Shown piece after piece: positions 18,360-27,327 of a DNA stretch of 41,569 nucleotides. The notes beneath the pieces were generated by a model that saw only the letters and a list, made by a program, of their open reading frames with translations, was not told the DNA's origin and did not search any database. The position numbers and the translations under genes are program-made. This DNA comes from a virus (lineage: Duplodnaviria > Caudoviricetes): positions 1-41,569 of the IMG/VR virus record IMGVR_UViG_3300032212_000047. One strand, given 5' to 3'. Every line of letters begins with the position of its first letter. Position 1 is the first letter of the stretch.

Positions 18360-18841
18360 CAGTAAACAATGCATGGGAGCTATGCAAAGACGCTCCTTAT
18401 CATTATGCATGTGACTTTAAATGGTGGGATACCTACTATAACGATGTGAAAGAGGGCTTTAATGGCGAATCTTTCACTATTAACGATACAGATAGCAGCT
18501 TAAACCCATCAAGTGAGTATGATTTGACTCGAGTCAATTCAAGAAATGGTAATAGCCTCGGTGAAGATGTTATTCATTATGGCGGCAATTCAGGCTATCA
18601 AGCGGTGAATTTAGCCTATTTATTAGGTGCAAAAACGATCATTTTATTGGGTTTTGATATGTTTGGGACGCATTATTTCGGTAATCACCCTGCAAATTTA
18701 AACAATGGCTCACCTTATAAACGATTTATTGAAGCCTTTGAAACAATCAACCCTAAAAAGCATGGAATAGAGATAATAAATTGCTCAAGACAAACAGCCC
18801 TAGAATGTTTTCCGAGGACAACAATCGAATCGGTGTTGTAA
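18275..18841 (+). CDS. Maf/DUF115/GT42-like transferase domain, expressed as a -1 frameshift fusion (249 aa in total)
   Basis: VFTVIATGQSL...VIAVNNAW...YACDFKWW lies upstream of the track's GTG at 18446 with no in-frame start. It continues as NSGYQAVNLAYLLGAKTIILLGFD. Confidence 0.75.
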   Translation, partial: EPVFTVIATGQSLEERDIQKAQEKTKVIAVNNAWELCKDAPYHYACDFKWWDTYYNDVKEGFNGESFTINDTDSSLNPSSEYDLTRVNSRNGNSLGEDVIHYGGNSGYQAVNLAYLLGAKTIILLGFDMFGTHYFGNHPANLNNGSPYKRFIEAFETINPKKHGIEIINCSRQTALECFPRTTIESVL

Positions 18842-19398
18842 TTGGTACCGGTCCTTCATTAACGGTTGAACAATTAGAAAAAGTTAAGCATTTAAAGAAG
18901 TTTGGTTGCAATCGAGCGTTTGAATTTGATTTGGATGTTTTAGCTGCAACCAATAAAGAGTTTTGGGATCACTATTGGCCTGATATTAAAGATTTAAGGT
19001 GTGAAAAATGGACACCTTATAAGCCAACCGCTGAAAAATACAATATTAATTATATTGAAGAACGAAACGAAAAAGGACTTTCTACAGATACGAGTTATAT
19101 CCATCATCATCATGGCAGTGGACCAATTATTCTAAACATTGCCTTGCATTACGGTGTAAAGAAAATGCTTTTGATTGGCTGGGATATGCGTCACAAAGGG
19201 AAACGGCATTACTTTGGTGAATACCCTAAGTCTATGCAGCACACCACAAAGAACCTTGGCCCCGATGGTGAGTTAATCGGACTTATTAAAGAGATGGAAA
19301 CTATTAATCCATCAGACTACGGAATTGAAATAATCAATTGCACTCCTAACAGTGCTTTAAAACATTTTCCAATGGGAAACCTTGATGACCATATCTAA
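18805..19398 (+). CDS. second Maf/DUF115/GT42-like transferase (paralog)
   Basis: VIGTGPSL...GCN...SG...LNIALHYGVKKMLLIGWD...HYFG...GIEIINC motifs shared with the upstream domain. Confidence 0.7.
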   Translation: MFSEDNNRIGVVIGTGPSLTVEQLEKVKHLKKFGCNRAFEFDLDVLAATNKEFWDHYWPDIKDLRCEKWTPYKPTAEKYNINYIEERNEKGLSTDTSYIHHHHGSGPIILNIALHYGVKKMLLIGWDMRHKGKRHYFGEYPKSMQHTTKNLGPDGELIGLIKEMETINPSDYGIEIINCTPNSALKHFPMGNLDDHI

Positions 19399-19924
19399 TC
19401 CAGTACCAGAAGACGAACAAGTAATAATTTGGCCTTTAGTCGGTAAAACGATGCTTGAGTTAGGCAATAAAAAGAATGCTAACGGTGTTTATAAAACATA
19501 TTTTGAATCATTAGAAATTGAGCATACTTCGATTGATTGGAATGGCGAGGATGGTGCTTTAAAACTTGATTTGAGAGTGCCTATCGATCTTGAGCCGTTC
19601 GATATGGTTACGAATATAGGCACAACAGAGCATGTTTCAGATCAAAAAGCAGTATGGGAGAACATTCACAACCTAACGAAAATTGGCGGCGTGATTACCT
19701 CCTTAACCCCCTTAGAAGGTGATTGGTGGTGGCATGGTGAACACTATCCAAGACGTGAATTTTTTGAGCAGTTCGCAAAAAATGGCTATGAAATAGAATA
19801 CATGGATATAGGCCGTGAGCACCCAAATAGAAATCTATGCGTAAGGCTTAAAAAGATTTCACATAATGAATTTGTGATGCCTGAACCTGAAACGATGTTT
19901 TACAACAAAATGAGAGCACGATGA
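19382..19924 (+). CDS. class I SAM-dependent methyltransferase-like protein
   Basis: MLELG, SIDWNG, FDMVTNIGTTEHV and NLTKIGG motifs. Confidence 0.75.
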   Translation: MMTISNPVPEDEQVIIWPLVGKTMLELGNKKNANGVYKTYFESLEIEHTSIDWNGEDGALKLDLRVPIDLEPFDMVTNIGTTEHVSDQKAVWENIHNLTKIGGVITSLTPLEGDWWWHGEHYPRREFFEQFAKNGYEIEYMDIGREHPNRNLCVRLKKISHNEFVMPEPETMFYNKMRAR

Positions 19925-20430
19925 AAAGCGGTATTATCACTGAAAAAGAAAAATATAAAAAAGGCTGGACTGGTGGATTACCTGAAACGCCTTGTGGGTA
20001 TGGCTCTAAATTATCAGCCACAAAAAAACAACGTGACTGGATGCCTGAAATATTTGAAAAGTACAATATTAAATCTATTGCTGACATTGGCGCTGGCGAT
20101 CTTAATTGGATTAAGCATATTGATCTTGGTGATATTGAGTATCAAGCCTTTGATTTAGTGCCAAGGCACCCAGAAGTTAGGTCGTTTGATTTGTTGAAGA
20201 AAGTGCCTCCAAAAGTTGATTTAATCATTTGCCTTTGGGTATTGAATCACATGCCATACGATCACTGCAAGCAAGCTATTAAGAATCTTAAAAAAAGCGG
20301 CGCTAAGTATTTAATGATGACCGATGTTGAGCGTTATCATAAAAATCAACCACCAGAAATTCAAATGGATCATATTGAAATGCTTAATAACGGTGATTTA
20401 CTCGGAACAATTAAACTCATTAAATTATGA
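19921..20430 (+). CDS. class I SAM-dependent methyltransferase
   Basis: SIADIGAGDLNW, FDLV and DLIICLWVLNH motifs. Confidence 0.82.
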   Translation: MKSGIITEKEKYKKGWTGGLPETPCGYGSKLSATKKQRDWMPEIFEKYNIKSIADIGAGDLNWIKHIDLGDIEYQAFDLVPRHPEVRSFDLLKKVPPKVDLIICLWVLNHMPYDHCKQAIKNLKKSGAKYLMMTDVERYHKNQPPEIQMDHIEMLNNGDLLGTIKLIKL

Positions 20431-21044
20431 TCACCGTCTTTTGTGTATGCGTAGGTGATAAATATCACTCTGGCTATGTTTACGCACTAAGGGAAATGGT
20501 TGAGAATTTTTTAACTATTCCTCATGAGTTCAAGTGTATTTCAGATAAAGAATTAATCGGAATTGATACAATAAAACCTGTTAAGGCTTATCATTCTTGG
20601 TGGTCAAAATTAAACTTATTCGCTCCAGGTATTGCAACAGGTAAAAGTATCTATCTGGATTTAGATGTTGTCATTACAAAGAATATTGATTATTTAGCTG
20701 AATATACAGATACCTTTTCCGCTCCTGCGAATTGGGCTCAATCTGGGCATGGTGGAATTCAATCATCTGTTATGTGTTGGCCGGGTAACTGGTCAAAACC
20801 TTTTGATGACTTTAATTATGAAAATGATTCCTCAAGATTATGGGGCGACCAAGAATTTCTCTGGGAGTTGCTTGGCGATGATTGGCAAAAAGTTCAACAT
20901 GTTGGATCGTATAAGTACCATTGCCGTGAAAATATTCCTGATTGGCTACATGTTTGTGCTTTTCATGGTAAGCCTGATCCTCACGAAGTAAAAGACGAAT
21001 GGATGCTACCTTTCACTGCAACTTTACACAGCCACATCAAATAG
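20427..21044 (+). CDS. GT-A fold glycosyltransferase (GT8-like)
   Basis: WWSKL, YLDLDVVI (DxD), SSVM, GDQ and FHGKPDP motifs. Confidence 0.85.
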   Translation: MITVFCVCVGDKYHSGYVYALREMVENFLTIPHEFKCISDKELIGIDTIKPVKAYHSWWSKLNLFAPGIATGKSIYLDLDVVITKNIDYLAEYTDTFSAPANWAQSGHGGIQSSVMCWPGNWSKPFDDFNYENDSSRLWGDQEFLWELLGDDWQKVQHVGSYKYHCRENIPDWLHVCAFHGKPDPHEVKDEWMLPFTATLHSHIK

Positions 21045-21640
21045 AACATGCTCAGTGGTTTAAAAAAGGGTTAGCAAAGCACAATATAAAACTTCGTGTG
21101 ACAAATGACATCCAACAAGAGGCGGATGTACACATTGTTTCAGGTCCACACTACGCGAAACAATATTGGTTGAATCATCCAAAGGTTATTCTTTTAGATC
21201 GTGCTTTATATCATCAAGACAAGCCTAATAAATGGCACTCAATGGATTGGCTCTCAATAGGATGGATGAAAGATGGCAGTCGAGAATTTAAAATTGGTCA
21301 TGGACGTAAAAGTCCTATACCAAAAACTAGAAGCACTGGAACAGGAACTATATTCCTCGCAGATTACAATGGACCAGTGGAACACGCTGATACAGTCCGT
21401 CTACATCCGGCAAATGAGCATAACAGAGAACCATTGTATGACGCTTTACTTCGACATGCTCATGCCATCGGATATAACACAACTGCATTAGTCACAGCCG
21501 CACTCAAAGGGCTTGAAGTAACTTGCAAAGACAAAAGAAATATTATGTATCAGAAAAATTGGCTTGAGATTTTACCTTATGCTGATTGGAGATACTCAGA
21601 GATTGAATCAGGTGAACTATGGGAACACTTACAACTATAA
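20999..21640 (+). CDS. putative GT-B-like transferase (KpsS/KpsC-like C-terminal motif)
   Basis: VRLHP...YNTTALVTAALKG resembles the HP...NST...EA...G motif. Confidence 0.5.
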   Translation: MDATFHCNFTQPHQIEHAQWFKKGLAKHNIKLRVTNDIQQEADVHIVSGPHYAKQYWLNHPKVILLDRALYHQDKPNKWHSMDWLSIGWMKDGSREFKIGHGRKSPIPKTRSTGTGTIFLADYNGPVEHADTVRLHPANEHNREPLYDALLRHAHAIGYNTTALVTAALKGLEVTCKDKRNIMYQKNWLEILPYADWRYSEIESGELWEHLQL

Positions 21641-22164
21641 CTGAACCAACAGAAGAACCTGTCAGATTGGAAGATGTTAAGTCTACGTTAATTATTGAGG
21701 ATGATTCCGAAGATTCAAGAATTCTAGGGATCATCAGGGCATCAAGAAAATTTGCTGAAGATTATTGCAAGCTAAAACTTATTTCACAGGTTGTTGAGTT
21801 AAGTTTTGATAGTTGGCCATCATCAGAGATATGTTTAGGTGTTTGGCCAATTATCTCAATTGATAGCGTTAAGTATGATGACACATCTTCACCTATTACT
21901 GAACAGACATTGGTTGAGGGTGTTGATTATTATGCTGATACAACGACTATAAAAGGCAGAATTAGAACAGTTAGCGGCTGGCCATCAGTCGCGGTTAAAC
22001 CTAATGCAATTCGGATTAGAATGACAGTTGGTTATGCGGATCAAGAATCTGTACCCGATCAAATCAAAGAAGGTATAAAGGCTTACTGCGCTTACCTGTA
22101 TGACTCAGATAAGATGCTACTTGACAGCACAAAGGAATTATTGTGGTCAGCAAAAATCATGTAG
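21619..22164 (+). CDS. head-tail connector/adaptor
   Basis: EEPV.L..VK..L, AE.YC...I.Q and GY....VP..IK motifs. Confidence 0.88.
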   Translation: MGTLTTITEPTEEPVRLEDVKSTLIIEDDSEDSRILGIIRASRKFAEDYCKLKLISQVVELSFDSWPSSEICLGVWPIISIDSVKYDDTSSPITEQTLVEGVDYYADTTTIKGRIRTVSGWPSVAVKPNAIRIRMTVGYADQESVPDQIKEGIKAYCAYLYDSDKMLLDSTKELLWSAKIM

Positions 22165-22487
22165 TTGGCCGACTAAGGCATAGAATAATAATTGAAGCGC
22201 CGACAATAGTGCAGAATAGTTATGGAGAGCCAATAGAGTCCTTTTCAGCGTATGCTTCTCGTAAATGTGAAATCATGACAACAATTGGGAAAGAGAATTT
22301 TAATAAGTTCCAAGAGTTCAATGAACATTCAGTTATTTTTAAAGTCCGTTTTGATTCATTGACTAAAAACATTACCCCTAAGATGCGTGTTTTGCATTAT
22401 TCAAAATATTACGATGTTGAAGGCATTGTTGATTTTAATATGATGAAAAAAGAGATCCATATTTATGGCAAAAATAGAGGGTCTTAA
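22143..22487 (+). CDS. head closure protein (SPP1 gp16-like)
   Basis: GRLRHRI.IE...N.YGE and I...MRV motifs. Confidence 0.88.
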   Translation: MVSKNHVVGRLRHRIIIEAPTIVQNSYGEPIESFSAYASRKCEIMTTIGKENFNKFQEFNEHSVIFKVRFDSLTKNITPKMRVLHYSKYYDVEGIVDFNMMKKEIHIYGKNRGS

Positions 22488-22875
22488 CAAGCTAAGTAAA
22501 CAGCTTGAAAATCTAGGAAAAGAACTTGGTACAAAAACTCTACGTAACGCTACAAGAGCTGCTTTAGTTCCAACGCATAAAAAAATCCAAACCTTAACCC
22601 CAGTCGGCAAAAGAACTCATAGAACCTATAAGGGACGATTGGTTGCCCCTGGCTTTCTTAAGCGCAGCCTGAAGTTAAGAAGCAGATCAAAAAGAGGGAT
22701 CATATCAGCATCAGTGGTGGCTAAAGATGAGGCGTTTTATGGGATGTTTTTAGTTATAGGTACAAAAAAAATCAAAGCAAAGGATTTCTTTTTTCGAATA
22801 TTTTCAAACGATAGGCCAAGAATTGAAGCAAGCCTTGTTGCTGAGCTAAAAAAACGGATAAATAAAATAAAATGA
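22465..22875 (+). CDS. HK97 gp10-like tail completion protein
   Basis: IEGL..L...L..L, G.LKRS and AFYG.F...GT.K motifs. Confidence 0.85.
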   Translation: MAKIEGLNKLSKQLENLGKELGTKTLRNATRAALVPTHKKIQTLTPVGKRTHRTYKGRLVAPGFLKRSLKLRSRSKRGIISASVVAKDEAFYGMFLVIGTKKIKAKDFFFRIFSNDRPRIEASLVAELKKRINKIK

Positions 22876-23264
22876 TTGCTGATAATTTATATGCTTATCT
22901 TACATCTCAGGCAGGAATTACGAATATAGCTTCAACAAGAATCTATCCTGTCATTCTTCCCCAAGAGCCAACTTATCCAGCTATTACCTACAACGATGAT
23001 GACTCCAATTACACAGAGACTTTTTCAGGTCAGACCGATCATGTTCAATCAATTTATCAATTAGATGCGTGGGATAATACATATGCAGGATCAGTGGCTT
23101 TAGGTAATGCAATTAGTGCGGCATTAAAAAACAAATCTGGTAGCTTTGGCGGAATCACCATCCAAAGATGCACGGTATTAAGTGGGCCAATTATGGCCTA
23201 TGAGGACAGTGTGGAAGCCTACAGGCAAACATACATTTTTTCTATTTGGCACAATGAGGGCTAG
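22872..23264 (+). CDS. tail terminator (DUF3168-like)
   Basis: RIYP..LPQ...YPAITY and QLDAW motifs. Confidence 0.85.
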   Translation: MIADNLYAYLTSQAGITNIASTRIYPVILPQEPTYPAITYNDDDSNYTETFSGQTDHVQSIYQLDAWDNTYAGSVALGNAISAALKNKSGSFGGITIQRCTVLSGPIMAYEDSVEAYRQTYIFSIWHNEG

Positions 23265-23267
23265 ACA

Positions 23268-23687
23268 ATGACAGCAGGTTTCACAGGCGGATTAACTTTC
23301 AAGATGAGCGATAGCGCATCTCCAGAGGATTACTCAGTAGTTGAAGAAGCAAAAAGCGTTTCTGGATTAGGGAAGACTAATCCATTAATTGATACTACAA
23401 GCTTCGATTCAACATCAAGAGAATATATTGCAGGTCTTGCAGATGGGCAAGAAATATCAGTCGAATGCGTACGGGTTCACACGGCATCTAATATTCAAGA
23501 TACGGTTATCACTGCTATTGATAGCGGCTTAACTAAGAATTTTCAGCTTACTTTAACAGACGGCACAACATCAAAGACCTATACATTCGCTGCTGTTTGT
23601 TTGTCATGGGCAATTACACCTTCTTTTGATGATGCAACAATGGTCTCTTTTACATTTAAAATTACTGGCGATATAACGGTAGCATGA
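23268..23687 (+). CDS. tail tube protein
   Basis: IDTTSFDS..REYIAGLADG and FTFKITG motifs. Confidence 0.9.
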   Translation: MTAGFTGGLTFKMSDSASPEDYSVVEEAKSVSGLGKTNPLIDTTSFDSTSREYIAGLADGQEISVECVRVHTASNIQDTVITAIDSGLTKNFQLTLTDGTTSKTYTFAAVCLSWAITPSFDDATMVSFTFKITGDITVA

Positions 23688-23971
23688 TGAAATTTAAAAC
23701 TAAAAAACTAAAAATAGATAGTGAAAAATTCGACATAAAAGAAATAAATGCTAGACAAAGGCAAGAGCTTTTCAAGCTATTTAAAGATGAAACCGATCCA
23801 GTTGAAGCGCAAGCTCATGCCATTAAAATGGGCTGCTCTCAATTTCAGGATATGGCAATAGATGAAATCCTTGATATGCCTGGCACTGTCTTTGCCAGCT
23901 TAGCCGAAGAAGTAATGAATATTTCAGGGCTTGGTGATAAAAGTGAGAAAGACGAAGTAAAAAATTCTTAA
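23684..23971 (+). CDS. tail assembly chaperone (G-like)
   Basis: Located between the tube and tape-measure genes; ends with GTA AAA AAT TCT TAA. Confidence 0.85.
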   Translation: MMKFKTKKLKIDSEKFDIKEINARQRQELFKLFKDETDPVEAQAHAIKMGCSQFQDMAIDEILDMPGTVFASLAEEVMNISGLGDKSEKDEVKNS

Positions 23972-24282
23972 CCGATCCGAGTAGATTATTTATTTTTCGC
24001 TTAGCCCTTGCCCTTGGCCGAACGGTTAACGAATTAGAAAGCTCTTTAGGATCGGGGGAGTTAACTGAATGGAAGGCTTATTACTCAATCGAGCCATTTG
24101 GCCAAGAACGAGATAACTGGAATAGCGCAATTATTGCCTCAACTATTGCAAATTATAGCGGCAAAACAAGAATTCCAAAAAAACCAGAAGAATTCATGTT
24201 TACTCATCCTGAAATAAAACGACACCAAGAGACCCACAAAACCCTGTTAATGATGGAAGCGCTGGCTAAAAAAAATGTCTAA
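23959..24282 (+). CDS. tail assembly chaperone T segment via -1 frameshift (GT fusion)
   Basis: Slippery A AAA AAT at 23959-23965. The -1 frame reads FLTDPSRLFIFRLALALGRTVNELE...ELTEWKAYYSIEPFG; not in the ORF track. Confidence 0.88.
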   Translation, partial: KKFLTDPSRLFIFRLALALGRTVNELESSLGSGELTEWKAYYSIEPFGQERDNWNSAIIASTIANYSGKTRIPKKPEEFMFTHPEIKRHQETHKTLLMMEALAKKNV

Positions 24283-26119
24283 ACAATTGCAAAAATTAGT
24301 TGTTACGCTTGAAGCAGAGAGCTCACGCCTTCATTCTCAACTTGATAAGTCAAACAAGCGACTTAAAAAATGGGAAAATAAAGCTGGTAAATCTGTTGAT
24401 AAAGTTAAGCAAGCATTTGTTGCCCTTGCCTCATTTGCTGCCGTTTCATCTATTGGCAATCAAATAAAATCAACGGTTGCTGAGTTTGAAAAGATGGAAG
24501 CATCGTTGAAAACGATCACCGGCTCTTCTGCGAATGCAGCCGCTGCAATGCGTAAGATTCAAGACTTTGCATCAACAACGCCTTTTCAGGTGACAGAAGT
24601 TACACAAGCTTTTATTAAACTAAAAGCATTAGGGTTAAAACCATCTGAAGAGGCTTTGTTGTCATATGGCAATACAGCTTCTGCAATGGGTAAATCATTA
24701 AATCAAATGATTGAAGCTGTTGCTGATGCCGCGACAGGGGAGTTTGAACGGTTAAAAGAATTTGGTATTAAGTCTAGAAGCCAAGGCGAGAATGTTACTT
24801 TCACTTTCCAAGGAGTAGCGAAAACTGTTAAGAAAAATGCTGCTGAAATAGAAGAATACTTGAAAGGTATTGGTCAAGTTCAATTTGCTGGCGCAATGGC
24901 TGAACAGATGGACACCATCAACGGTAAGTCCTCTAATTTATCCGATCAAATTGACAAGTTATATGTTGCTTTGGGTGATGCCGGGCTTACGAAAGTATTC
25001 AAAGACTCTCTTGATTCAATGATTAACTTCACTAATAAAATGAGGGAGTCAGGAACTTTTATAAATGCAATCGTTGCTCCTATTCAATGGCTGGGTAAAG
25101 TCACTGAAACTGTTGCGCTAACCTTTGAAGATATTGGCGATAAGATTGGGGCGTTTGCCGCAATTGCTGCATCCGCATTAAAGTTTGATTTCAGTGCCGT
25201 TAAAGCAATTATTAAACTTAGAAATGAAGGTGCAAAAGCGCGTGAAGCTGAGTTTGAAGCTATATGGGCAAACATTGCAGCTACAAAAGAACTCGGAAAA
25301 GTAGAGGCCAAAAATGCAGCTGCAAAAATTAGTCAGAGTAGCGGTGGTGAAGCGGCGGCGGCTGAACTTGTTGGAATGCAAGAGCAAGCGGCTAAAAAAT
25401 TCGCTGTCCTAGATGAATCATTACTCGCTGAAAATGAACGGCTTATTCTTGCCTATGCGAATAGACAATTCATCATTGAGGATGCATTTCAAAATGAAAT
25501 CATTACTGAGGAAAGGCGATCTGCATTATTACTTTCCTTAAGAGAAAGACACGAAAAAAGCATTCTAAAACTTGAGCAGAAATCCCAATCAGCACAAGAA
25601 AAAATGTGGGCTGCTGGATGGAAAGGAAAATTAAAAGTTGTTGGCGGCGTATTAGGCTCGTTATCACTTTTAATGCAATCAGAGAATAAAAAGCAATTTG
25701 AGATCGGAAAGAAAGCAGCCATTGCCCAAACGGTCATTAATACTTATGAAATGGCAACGAGCTCGTATAAAGCTTTGGCTGGCATCCCGATTGTTGGACC
25801 TGTATTGGGTGCACTCGCGGCAGGGGCGGCAATCCTTTACGGTAAGTCACAAGTTGATTCAATCAAAGGCACTACTTTTGGTGGCGGTGGCGTAGGGGGT
25901 GGAGGCGCACCATCTATTCCAACAACAGCATCTAATGCTTCAACTGGCTTACCAGAAGGAAGCCCAGGTGATGTTGGCCCACCAAGAAACGATGAGCCTC
26001 AAAATGTAATAAACATTTCAATCTCTGGAAATCCAACCGGCGAACAAGTTAGAGATTTAATCGAAGCTATTAACGAAGAACAAGAAAATGGTGCCGTTTT
26101 GCGAGCAACCGTAAATTAA
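24275..26119 (+). CDS. tape measure protein
   Basis: Ala-rich helical protein with FASTTPFQV and ERLKEFG motifs; follows the chaperones. Confidence 0.93.
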   Translation: MSKQLQKLVVTLEAESSRLHSQLDKSNKRLKKWENKAGKSVDKVKQAFVALASFAAVSSIGNQIKSTVAEFEKMEASLKTITGSSANAAAAMRKIQDFASTTPFQVTEVTQAFIKLKALGLKPSEEALLSYGNTASAMGKSLNQMIEAVADAATGEFERLKEFGIKSRSQGENVTFTFQGVAKTVKKNAAEIEEYLKGIGQVQFAGAMAEQMDTINGKSSNLSDQIDKLYVALGDAGLTKVFKDSLDSMINFTNKMRESGTFINAIVAPIQWLGKVTETVALTFEDIGDKIGAFAAIAASALKFDFSAVKAIIKLRNEGAKAREAEFEAIWANIAATKELGKVEAKNAAAKISQSSGGEAAAAELVGMQEQAAKKFAVLDESLLAENERLILAYANRQFIIEDAFQNEIITEERRSALLLSLRERHEKSILKLEQKSQSAQEKMWAAGWKGKLKVVGGVLGSLSLLMQSENKKQFEIGKKAAIAQTVINTYEMATSSYKALAGIPIVGPVLGALAAGAAILYGKSQVDSIKGTTFGGGGVGGGGAPSIPTTASNASTGLPEGSPGDVGPPRNDEPQNVINISISGNPTGEQVRDLIEAINEEQENGAVLRATVN

Positions 26120-26532
26120 ATCAAGTTCAGTAACTCTTGTTCAAGCGTTCCGTTTGATGAACAAACCAGAGTCTTACTTCCACCTTCTGCAATAGCATTA
26201 AAAGTGCCGTTGATGTTTGTTGTTACGGTCATTTTTGAATTTAGGAAGGTTACAGAATAAGACAATTTAATAATTGTTCGCTTGTCATCGATATATGGAA
26301 ATCCCCAAATATTACCGCAATCAGCTTGCTTACTATTTAACTTAACGACTTTCGGAGCTGTGCTGATTATTCCATTGGCATTCGATGTTAAAGAGAAACC
26401 TTTATTAACCAAAACAATGGCAGCTTGTTTCTGTGAATCACTTGAGGCTTGTTTGGAGTAAACCTTTTGGCTTTGAGTGGGCGCGTTATAAGCACAACCG
26501 GTAAGAAATAAACACAAGATTATAAGTTTCAT
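26116..26532 (-). CDS. antisense-oriented lipoprotein (moron)
   Basis: Lipobox LFLTGC; AAGG RBS; convergent with the tape-measure gene. Confidence 0.8.
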   Translation of the reverse strand: MKLIILCLFLTGCAYNAPTQSQKVYSKQASSDSQKQAAIVLVNKGFSLTSNANGIISTAPKVVKLNSKQADCGNIWGFPYIDDKRTIIKLSYSVTFLNSKMTVTTNINGTFNAIAEGGSKTLVCSSNGTLEQELLNLI

Positions 26533-26568
26533 TAGAATTCCCTTATTTGGCTTTTTGGTAAAATATAC

Positions 26569-27327
26569 ATGACAGCATACATCGGTTACAACAATATTCT
26601 TGAATCTGGGACTGTTTCTGTCACATCTGAGGCTACAGGATACCCAAAGGAGAACGCTTTTGACTGGCTTCCTGGTGATTGGTGGAAAGCTAATGGATCT
26701 GGAACTGTTTATTTAACAGTTGATATGGGTGTAAGCACTATTGTTGACTATTGGGCTTTAGCGTTTCATGATTTAGCTGATCACTCTGGCACTATCAAGC
26801 CGCAATATAGCTCTGGCTTAACTTCTCCTATTTCTTGGTCTGATTTGGATACTGTTCAAACACCCACAGAAAACCAAATGATTTTCAGACCTGTTACTCA
26901 ACAAAATGTAAGATATTATCGTTTTGAAATTTCCTCAACTTCAGTGGCTTCGTGTATCGGCTCTTTATTATTAGGGCAGGCTTTGACTTTACAACGTGGA
27001 ATCAAGGCACCTTTTACAACTGCTAAACACGGAAGAAATAAAAAGATACTTAACAGTCTAAGTGAGACGGGGAATATTATTGGTCGGACTGTTTATCGGC
27101 AAGGTCAAAAATTCTCAATTCAGCAAAAGAATGTCACTCCTGCATGGATTAGTAGTAATTGGGATGACTTAATCGACCACGTAGAAGCTAAGCCGTTTTT
27201 CTTTATGCATGACTATGAAGACGCCCCTAATGAAATTTGTTTTGCATGGTCTAATAAAATATCACATCCTAATTATAATAATAATGGTTTTCAGGATTTC
27301 TCTATTGAGTGTGGCGCTCTAATATGA
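26569..27327 (+). CDS. distal tail-like protein
   Basis: First tail gene after the tape measure; beta-rich sequence. Confidence 0.65.
   Translation: MTAYIGYNNILESGTVSVTSEATGYPKENAFDWLPGDWWKANGSGTVYLTVDMGVSTIVDYWALAFHDLADHSGTIKPQYSSGLTSPISWSDLDTVQTPTENQMIFRPVTQQNVRYYRFEISSTSVASCIGSLLLGQALTLQRGIKAPFTTAKHGRNKKILNSLSETGNIIGRTVYRQGQKFSIQQKNVTPAWISSNWDDLIDHVEAKPFFFMHDYEDAPNEICFAWSNKISHPNYNNNGFQDFSIECGALI

Noticed and set aside
18446-18841. Stand-alone 131-aa gene starting at GTG 18446
   Set aside because: It would omit the conserved N-terminal motifs (ATGQSL, AVN, ACD.KWW) present in frame upstream.
23959-23965. Tail chaperone frameshift as a novelty
   Set aside because: It is real but is the standard G/GT arrangement of long-tailed phages; listed as a feature only.
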